Origin: Lytechinus pictus | Lineage: Eukaryota | Assembly: GCF_037042905.1 (NCBI RefSeq) | Contig: NC_087245.1 | Span: forward strand, 5,086,001 to 5,150,000 | DNA: 64,000 bases | Direction of reading: 5' to 3' | Part shown: piece after piece, positions 54,926-64,000 of the stretch | Layout: each line of letters starts with the position of its first letter | How positions within the stretch are numbered: position 1 is the first letter of the stretch | The notes under the pieces: generated by a model | Told to the model about the DNA's origin: nothing | Database searches by the model: none | The model's input: only the letters and a program-made list of their open reading frames with translations | Translations under genes and position numbers: made by a program

Positions 54926-55261
54926 CATTAATGTAATGGAAAAAAAACGCTATAGATAGTGAAATGAATCTCGAAAACCAGATCTTTTTTATCTGATTAG
55001 ACAATTATTTATTATTTATTGATTAATACGAGATATATGTCCTACTCTCCTAATTTTACTCTTAAATATCCTTCAAATGTTAATTCTTAAAGTAATGACA
55101 GTACTTCACAATTTCGAAAGGAAATTTCTTTCGAAGGAACATTAAGTGAAGAATTGTTACTTTTTCAGACGATTTGACTGTTAATGTTAAATAATCAATC
55201 TAATGTTGAATAATCAATCATTTATTGATCAATTATTCAGACATAATGATGACAGTCGCCT

Positions 55262-56207
55262 TTTGGGTTCTTCCTGAGAACGGACGTGCGTTATTCCAAC
55301 GCTAGCTCTCTGTAAGTGCCGAGAGGTTACAAGAGAGACAGAAAGAGGAAAGATTGTGAAATGAGATTGCATCATTGTATGACATCCCTGGATTTATTAT
55401 TTTCAGTGACCTCTTCTGTATTGACTCTAACCTATCAGATTGTTCTTTAGTCAACCCTCCGTGATACACCTTACATGCATTATCAAGGACAGATCTAGTG
55501 CAGGCCACATAATATTGGCACATATCAAACTGGCTTTATTAGACCTGCTCTTCGTAATCGGACGAAAAGATACAACTGCTTTGCTGCTTGATTGTGTACA
55601 CCTCTTTTACATGACTTCTTTCCCATTTCAACTTTTCATTGATAAATACCCAAAACTTTGACTTCATCCTTTTGGGTAGCCTTTATACAAGGCCTTGTGC
55701 CTGTTCTGATGTTTATACCAAACGCCTACCGACTGAAAGCAAAGATTAGTAGCAAAAAGTCGAATGGCCAACTATGCGAGCCCAAAAGTCGCTCGCCGTC
55801 GCGCTCTCTCTGGGTCTCGCCAACTCCCTTCATGGAGGCTTCCTTTTGGGCATGTATCGTAACGGGAAGCTTAGAGCATAGGTCAGATATCATGATTACG
55901 AACAGTAATGGGCCAGTTTTTGTCCCTTTGGGGACGCCCCAAAGTACATCTATCCAGTCAGACATAACTAGGTTTAATTTTACCCTCTGTTGTCTTTTAA
56001 AAGAAATGTTCTTAGCCAAGTTACAATCGTAGAACGGAATTCTGTTTTAATTTTTTAAGAAGGAAATCGTGATTGATCCTATCGAATGCTTTCTGGTAAA
56101 ATATTAACAAAACTCTTATAGCATAATTTTTATCATGTTTGAAACGACCAATTATTGATTAGATCAATTAGAGCAGATACAGTTGAAGATCCTAGGATAT
56201 TGCCCTA
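55262..56207 (-). mobile_element. CR1-type LINE RT, 3' part
   Basis: GSSTVSALIDL, KAFDRINH, GVPKGTKTGPLLFVIMISDL and RLESIQKRSLKII. Confidence 0.85.
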
Positions 56208-56214
56208 CTAGTTT

Positions 56215-57105
56215 GATTTTATTATATAAAAACAATACATAAAAAATTATAACATAATATAATACTTGACAAAATAACATTGGATGGATCGCCCTACTCA
56301 GCTGAGCCGTTACAGCACAACTCTTCTGCCGAAGGGTCCAGCTATATCAAATAAACAACATGGAATTTATATAACAAAAATAAATTCATTAACAAATTTG
56401 TATAACATAAAAAGCAACACCAGTTCAAGGGAGAAAGAACAGCAATCCCACCCCACCCTACAGAAGAAAAATAGTACCTAACCCCACCCACCACCCACCC
56501 AAAAAGTACCCCTAAATTATATATATTATATTATATTTTTGAACTTTGGTTTAAAGGGAAATAGTTTTCAGGATTTGGTCATTAGGTGTCCTAATGAATG
56601 TATTATAATTAGAAGATGATTTTATAGAAGGAGATAAAGAAATAAATTACGAGGCCCCACGGTATGAAAACATTCGACGACATGATTCAGTACGTGGCTT
56701 AGGTAAAGATAAGTTTCCAATTGAGCGTAAGGAATAGTTGTAATAAATAGTATTTAAAAAATCTCTAAGTAAGGGGCACTGAGATCATGAATGATTTTGG
56801 AAACCATGGAGTTTATATGTTTTTGCCGACGAAATTACAAAGATTTCCAGTTTAATATTATTTTGGTGAATATTACAGTTCGATATATGTTTGAATGGAT
56901 TTATCCTTAGTATCATTCTTCCAGCTCTGTTTTGCAACTTTTGCAATTGGGTAACACATCCTTTGATACTACAATCGTACACTACATCAGCATAGTCAAA
57001 AATATGAAGAATAATTGATTGGTAGATACATTTCAAGCTAGCCTTATTAAAACTGTGTCGAAGACGGCCCAAAAAACTTATGAGTTTGCTCACTTTTTAC
57101 AGTCA
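56215..57105 (-). mobile_element. L2/CR1-type LINE 3' fragment nested in the CR1 copy
   Basis: IYQSIILHIFDYADVVY...LQKLQNRAGRMIL, then a YSLRS-type tail and its own 3' UTR. Confidence 0.8.
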
Positions 57106-57119
57106 AGTATTCGGCATGT

Positions 57120-58440
57120 GGTAGGTAAGTGGATTTATTTTTTATTTGTAGTGGGATTACATCTCCTAATTTCCTAATAGGGGGAGGTAACCTTCTTTGA
57201 TAGAATAATTGAATGTTGAACAAACAGGTTCCACAAGAACATCGGAAAACTTTTTTAGAATCCAGGAAGGTATTCCATTTGGCCCAGGTGCCTTTGCATT
57301 GATGGATCTCAGTTTACTTTCTAAATCATGTGCAAGTATAGTATACTCAACAGATGTGAAGGCCTCCCCTGTTGAGGCAATGGTTCACGGATTCAAGAGG
57401 TTGTAACGGCTAAAAATCTTGTGACACCGAGGCAAAGAAGAAGTTGATCATAATATGCTCAACTTCTTATATTATTGGCTAGGCCAGATTTGTCATCTCC
57501 CTCGATTCCATTAATGAGGTTGCTAAGTGGATGATCTAAGAAGGAATCTTAACTTTCCACCAATTATGACGATTATTATCATCTACTTGATTTACTAAAC
57601 ATTGGTAGTACTAGTATTTACGCAAATTCTTTCCCATACGCTTTACTTACTTTCTCAACAACTTATAAAGAATGTTATTTTTGTTTTGCGTGTTCATGCT
57701 TGGAAATCAATTTACAAAAATGGTCGGTAATCCATGGTCGCTCACTTTCCACCTTCGTCACAATCTTGATTTCAATAAGCGATTTTAGACCGTTCTCAAA
57801 TATCACACATTTCTTTTACATGGCGGGGTTCTAATGAAGTCCAGTTTATTTCACTGACGTCATATTCAAACATAGCCTTGCCGTTACCACTGAAACGTCT
57901 GATTTTCATTTTTTCTTCATTACAATAGGCACCGCGAATGAAGGTTTAGGGGAACCAATTACAACTTGGTGATCAGGTAATCCATGGGCAGCTCCAACCT
58001 CTGGTTGTAGTAATTAGCAATATTGGTATAGATGAGACCAAGCTTAGAGTACTGGCGTGTAGGTTTCTTCACTATCTGTTTCAATCTGTAGTTATGATTC
58101 AAATACATGCCGGACATAGGTTTCTTATCCCCCCTTTTTTCTTGGTCATGAAGCCTTTGTCTATGTTGTATATAGATATTTCAATCTATACAGCAATCGT
58201 ATGTAGATTAGCATTGACTTTCAATTGAAAGGTAAACTTAACATTACCGTAAGACATGAGAAGTCACTCGAACAATCATAGTCAAAAAGTTTAGTGCCAA
58301 ACTCACGAATGGCACTGTCCTTCATTGGTCTGGTTACTTTCTTGCTCACATAATTCACTAAAGTCGGGAGTAGAGTCACTCGGGGGCCAAAGGATTGAGT
58401 TATGATCACTTGATCCCAGAGGTGACATAATAGATGGTGA
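57120..58440 (-). mobile_element. CR1-type LINE ORF2, 5' part
   Basis: RPMKDSAIREFG, RPWIT, KAPGPNGIP and SIKEGYLP, in colinear order. Confidence 0.75.
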
Positions 58441-59632
58441 CTTAGTGGGTGCCGACGTGAGTGATGATTTTTTTTTTCTAAGATTCTGTCACCACGTGTT
58501 GCATTGTTTGTTTTTATTTTTCACCATGCATAACAAAAACTAATTGACAAAAAATATAATGTTACATCGATAATGATACAGAGTAGGAACTAAGCATAGA
58601 CAAATCATTTGAAGCACAGAGTCACTTTAATAACATTATAGGCCAGTAATTCGTTTGAACTAAAATATGGCTCGAAATAGGTATTCATATAAAAAAATCA
58701 AACAAAAACTCAAATAATGCTCCTATAGCATGTCAAGATACAGACATCATTTGCATCTTGAATAAACAATTATCATTGACCTCAGTTATGTAAAGTATTT
58801 GGAAAAATTATCATTTACAGTAATCTGAGAGAAATAAATCCTTCATATTCTTGAATGATAAAACATGGTTATGTTTTTTTCCTCCAATACATATACATAC
58901 TTACATTGGAGGGAAAATCTTTTTTTACTGTAGTGTATTGTGATAAGATAACAAGAAAACTGTAATGCATTTTCAATTCTGTTTTATAAATTTGAAGCAT
59001 TAAGTTATCCTGAGATAATATGTCGTAAACAGCACCCTCTTCAGTGCCGTTACCGCATCCCTATAAACGAAGATGGCACATGCTATTTCCGCAGATCAAA
59101 ACTAAACCCCATCCAGATCAATCTCGTTCGGGAGTGGTTTTCCTTGGTGATGGACAATTAAGAATGATATTCCCTTGTCCAGTCTTGAAGCATGTGTGGT
59201 AAAGGTCTACGTACAGGGCTTCACAAAAGATGAATATTTCATGTTTGAGGGTATCCTAAATGGCATTATTTGTCATTTCGAGAAATGCACGTGATGATTA
59301 TGGTGGACTCTCAGACATTATTTCGGTAAATAGCCAACTCCAAAACAATTAAGATAAAAGTACATCCTCGTAGTCTGGAAGCTATTGCAGAGAATGATAG
59401 TGAAGCCATTACCACCTATGGGAATGAACTCCATATTCATGTTCGTGAGTCGTGATACCAATTAATTAGTTGAGAGCCTGACAGAATGGATCAGATGCAG
59501 CCACTGGGTATGACCTGTAGGAACCCAGTGCCAAATTAACACAATTAATTTGTACAATTAATCTATTACTAGTAGATTCCATCGTTTAACTACGTTTAGC
59601 CGAGATAAAACACAATTATTTGTTTAAGTATT

Positions 59633-60327
59633 GGGTCAGATGCATAAAAAGTAGCAATTGCTGGCAAGCAATTGCTTAAAGCACAAGCAAGAGCTAGCCA
59701 ATCAAAAGATCATGCTTCAGCAATTGCTTTATTTCATACGCATAAACATTTGCTTGTGCTTGAACCCTTTTCTTCCCTTCAGAAAGCAATTATAATTGGA
59801 CAAAAGCGACGTCACGCTGGTGCGAACACGACTCACAGAAAAGGCAGGACTCGATCGCAAAGGTGTGGTAGTGCAAATTACCGCTCCTTTCATGTAACAT
59901 CTTTTCCTCAGACGTGGTGTCAAACTAACTTAGTTTTTTTTTTTAAATATATTATTTGGCATTTGGTTTCCCTATTAGGAACTAAATATGTACTGTATAT
60001 ATAGGCTATGATACTCCTTGGGGTTCTCTCTCAGGTGCATAAACATGATTAAAAAACGCGAACGTCCTGGTTAAGCTAACGCTCAAGCTGCTCTGACTGA
60101 GCTTGAAAAAAAAAACAAGCAAGACAGTGTTTAAACCCTAAATGGTTTAAACGCACAAGCGAAATGCTCGCCTCATGCATACGCTTCTGAGCTATAGCTT
60201 AATAGTCAGGGAATGCTAGCAGTCACTTAGCGATTGCTTGAACTTAACTAGCAATAGCATTTGTTCGCTCATTTTTATGTGTACGGAATAAATCAAAAGC
60301 AATTGCTACTTTTTATGCATCTGGCCC
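59633..60327. mobile_element. PIF/Harbinger-type MITE
   Basis: TIR GGGTCAGATGCATAAAAAGTAGCAATTGCT...AGCAATTGCTACTTTTTATGCATCTGGCCC with a 3-bp ATT TSD. Confidence 0.9.
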
Positions 60328-61224
60328 ATTATGTCTTATCAGTCATGTACGGATCGACAAAATAGTAGTCAATTTCACTTATCCCTGACAAAATCATTTG
60401 ACTTTTGTTATAAAGTAATTGGTAAATTGTCTCATTCCGATTTATTACGCCAATATATTTGAATGTGTATGACATAAAGTTGCTATGATGTCGATGATAG
60501 ATTATAAAAATGTTTTTCTTAGTGGATTCATTTTGTAGGCTCACATGAAAGCGTTTTTCCCCAGTATTAAGACAAATTCTCAAGAATGGAATGGGCAGAA
60601 ATTTGAACGTATTCTCCTTTATAACGTTTGTAATCGCTTTATGTTTCGGCGACATAATGCTATTCTGAATTAAATAAAATGTCTTGATATTCAGGATACT
60701 GATAAAAATATATCAAGAGACTTGTCTGTCCAGTTAAACTTCGTAACAAAGGCTTTTTCACACGTGAATCTTGAATCATCATTGTATTGATGATTGCAAT
60801 TCTTCTTCAGAATCATCGGACCTTACAAACGCTCACTCGAAAACTGATTTGAATCGGAATTCCCGAGCGAAAACGGTTTTTTTTCCTTGCTGACTTGTCA
60901 ATCAAAGCACTGCATCGATGCGACGAGTGCATAACAATTGTATTATCTACGGAAGTGGACATAAAGCTCCGCCCCCCAAAAAAAGATGTTTTGGAGGGCA
61001 AGCCTTTCACACGTAAAATTCGTACCGTAATTTGAGTGAAACTTAACTAGAATTCACCTCCGGAGTAGAATTTGAATTCATGATTGTGATTATAGTCCAG
61101 TCAATCTAGCCAGAATAGGGGGGTAACCCACCACTAATTGCAACACGAGATATTCCACTGAAATGCTTGCCAGGAAGGTCCCCTAAACAACATACTAAAA
61201 GTCCCAAGAAATCCAAGCAGTGGA

Positions 61225-61860
61225 AATTTATGAAATTTGCATATTATGCAAATTAGCCATGAAAAATTAGAAAAATAAGGGAAATAATCCAAAGATTACA
61301 AATTAAATGTCCAAAACAATTTAATTTGGATGGAAATTCATGATAAATAACTGAATTCAATGGTTTTAATCAAAAGTGCAAAATTTTCTACCTCATTTGC
61401 ATATTATGCAAATAAGCATCCTTATATGGAAAAAATGTCAAGATATTGTGATTTTTCTCATAAAGACTGCTAGAAAACATTTCATTAATATTGACATTAA
61501 TATTCTATATCACTAAGTAGAATTCATCCCAATGCCTGAAAATTAATTTGCATATTATGCGAATTAGCCATTTAAAAAAATAAAAAATGAGGAAATTAAT
61601 CCAAAGATTACAAATTATAGAATGTCCACAGCAAGTAATTTGAACAAAAGTTCATGATGAATAAATAAGTTCAATGTCTTTATTTAAAAAAAGCTAGCAA
61701 ATCTGCCTCATTTGCACATTATGCAAATAAGTAACCTTATATGGAAAATGTCAAGAAATTTTGATTTTTATCACATTGACTGCAGTGAAAACATATCAGT
61801 TTTTCAAAGTAATATGCTGCTATCACTAAGCATTCAAACCTATCCTAATATGATTTATAT
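61225..61860. repeat. Diverged direct duplication of about 313 bp with a sub-period of about 155 bp, probably internal to a non-autonomous element
   Basis: atttgcatattatgcaaat or variants at 61235, 61395, 61546 and 61710. atccaaagattacaaatta occurs twice. Confidence 0.75.
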
Positions 61861-61914
61861 TCAAGGAAAAATACTGGAAATATGTTCTTCGCTTCCTAAG
61901 CCGCGTTGTTAGTC

Positions 61915-62990
61915 TGACAAGATGATGGGATCGGCAAGAACAAAGCACAGTATTTGAACTGGTGTGTAGTTTGTTTGAGTTGACAACCCTTTCTTATATG
62001 GATGGGAACGACTTATACTTTGTTGAAAATTCACCATATAAACATGATAAAGGGAGGCCAGGAAAAGCAAACTTATGGCAGGTAAGATCTGATGAGTAGT
62101 CACATTAAGAAGTGTAGCAGAGATTCCGTCTGGCCTAGTAGCTTCATGCAGGGTGTTTTCTTTAACAATTTCTTCAGTAGTCTGGCTACACCTGTTTGAC
62201 TAAACCATATGTTATCTGGCCATATCTGGGTCAGGACTGGGTCCCAGGACTTGTAGAGCAGCGTCATCATCATCATCATGATCAGTGGTGAATACTAAGA
62301 CTAAAATTCTGTGCCTTCCTTTAATTATGCTATTCCAATGTAGTCATAGCTATTGATATTATGGGCTCCCAACATGCTAATTGTTACAGCCTGGATCATT
62401 GTCAATCCGGTCAACAAATTATGTATTAAAGGCTTGTCTACAAACCCTCTTATGGTCCTCTTTAAAGCATTGTAGTAATTCTGAGCTTTACCTTACTGAT
62501 ACTTTTGGAGCTCTAAAATGTGCAAGCCTTCCTAGCCTTTCTCTAAACCTCTTGACATCTTACGACACAACTTATGTCCATTGCCCATTGAGGCAACTTG
62601 TGTCGGAAGAAGACATGGTTAACGGTGTATTCTTGTTAAAGTCATCTTGATTGGTTTTCAGTCTCCTATGCTCGACTTGTCGGATTTCAGTACAGAGAGT
62701 TGTATGATTGTCCAAAGTACATCTGCATGACACTATTAAAAAGTCAGCATTCCTCCAGAAGAACATCCTTAGTCGTACCATAAGTACTAAAAGGTTTATT
62801 CCTCTGGATAACCTCACAGTATACCCATGAGTAACACATTGTGGCAAATAAATCCTGGAAGTGGTACACACTGTCTATCAATGTTGGATGGTATTTGATG
62901 GTGATGTTAAGGGTGTTCCATTGTGTTGTGTCCTCTTGTTGGAAAGGCAATAATCTGGCTTAGTCCTCCATCTGGTTGTTCATTGTCTCA
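61915..62990 (-). mobile_element. Decayed CR1-type LINE ORF2 fragment
   Basis: EATRPDGISA.LL, LPAISLLFLASL and PYKKG....NYTPV, corresponding to KA.GPD.I and P.YKKG...NYRP. Confidence 0.7.
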
Positions 62991-63324
62991 CTGAGGAATT
63001 TCTGTTTACCATAAATATCAGGACATTAATATTATTATTTGCATACGACTTACTTTAATAGAAACTATAGCTTTAATATTTCGAGATGGTTGCCATAGGA
63101 GATTATTTCAAAGAGGAAAGAACAGAAAATGGATGCTTCATCATGAAGCAGCAACTGGATTCAACAAGAACGTCTAATCACGATTCCTGTATCTGAGAAA
63201 GATGCCTATAATGCACTTTAAGCCTTCATCATGAATTTATGAATGGCTTTCATGTCGCTCGTATAGGCAAATGCCCATTGTTACTCTTATTAAGCATGCT
63301 CAGAGATCTTGTGATCCAAGCAAG

Positions 63325-63800
63325 TGATGATGATGGTGATGGGTTCTTGTGAAGCGTCGGTATCCGCCTCAGCTGGGCGCTCATGGCGCTTGCTCAAAAA
63401 TAGGAAATATCTCACAAATTTCAATGTCTTCAAACAGTGCTTAGGATCATCATTCAGTTCAAGTACTGTTCTGGTAATTCTACAGTTGAGTTATTCTTGG
63501 GATAATGTTGGAGTGGGGAACAGAAAGGTACAACTCAAAAGTTGATTGGGTCTCTGCTCTCCTGATAAATTGGGGAAGGCTATTCCACAGCTTTGGTCCA
63601 GAGATTTAGAAGGCTCTGTCACCCCAGGTTGTGTGGCTGAGAGATTCCCTCAGCAATGATTGATCTGCTGATCTGAGACTGCGTGTTGGTCTATGCTGAG
63701 ATAAGAGCTCTGATAATTATGTAGGGTGGAGATTTATCGTTAAGCGCTTTAAATACAAGGACCCCAAGTTTATAAGCTAAGTGGTGTGTTACAAGGACCA
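63325..63800 (-). mobile_element. L2-type LINE 3' end
   Basis: YKLGVLVFKALN..SP.Y, R.LRS and LWNSLP-like motifs. Tail aagcgccatgagcgcc followed by (atc)n. Confidence 0.7.
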
Positions 63801-64000
63801 AATATTTGTACGGGTGTGACATCTTGTGCTGATCACTTGGCAATCCAGGAGCTTGCCAGCGTGGACTATACTCGCAAGAAACGCAAAGACTCTACAAAGT
63901 CAAGAAGAGAGCAAGACTTGGATGGAATTAATGAAGCATTCAAGCAGTGGGATCCATGTAGAATGGACTCATCATTGTACAATATGAGTGGGGTAACTGC

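Noticed and set aside
61915..62990. Penelope or other active retroelement
   Set aside because: Motifs fit a CR1-type ORF2 with many stops and frameshifts, and no intact element is present.

Overview
AT-rich animal genomic DNA with spliceosomal introns. The repeat landscape resembles an invertebrate deuterostome such as a sea urchin, which is an inference. There is no long ORF, operon or CRISPR array. The first 3.5 kb holds the 3' exons of a + strand gene (413-527, 1913-2055, terminal 3244-3461). These encode an acidic low-complexity region with an LF-acidic-LF motif, and one intron is best read as GC-AG. A 36-nt phase-1 exon candidate follows at 8871-8906. The rest is dominated by non-autonomous DNA transposons (Kolobok/T2-, Harbinger-, piggyBac-, hAT-, Tc1- and CACTA-type MITEs, a nested Helentron/HINE-like element), decayed LINEs, tRNA-derived SINEs and local tandem duplications. 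The most intriguing but unproven signal is a series of + strand acceptors across about 55 kb whose phase-1 frame encodes a short stop-terminated peptide. Some share faint motifs with the first terminal exon, suggesting a possible array of alternative C-terminal exons. All coordinates were read by eye, and LINE and SINE boundaries are approximate.
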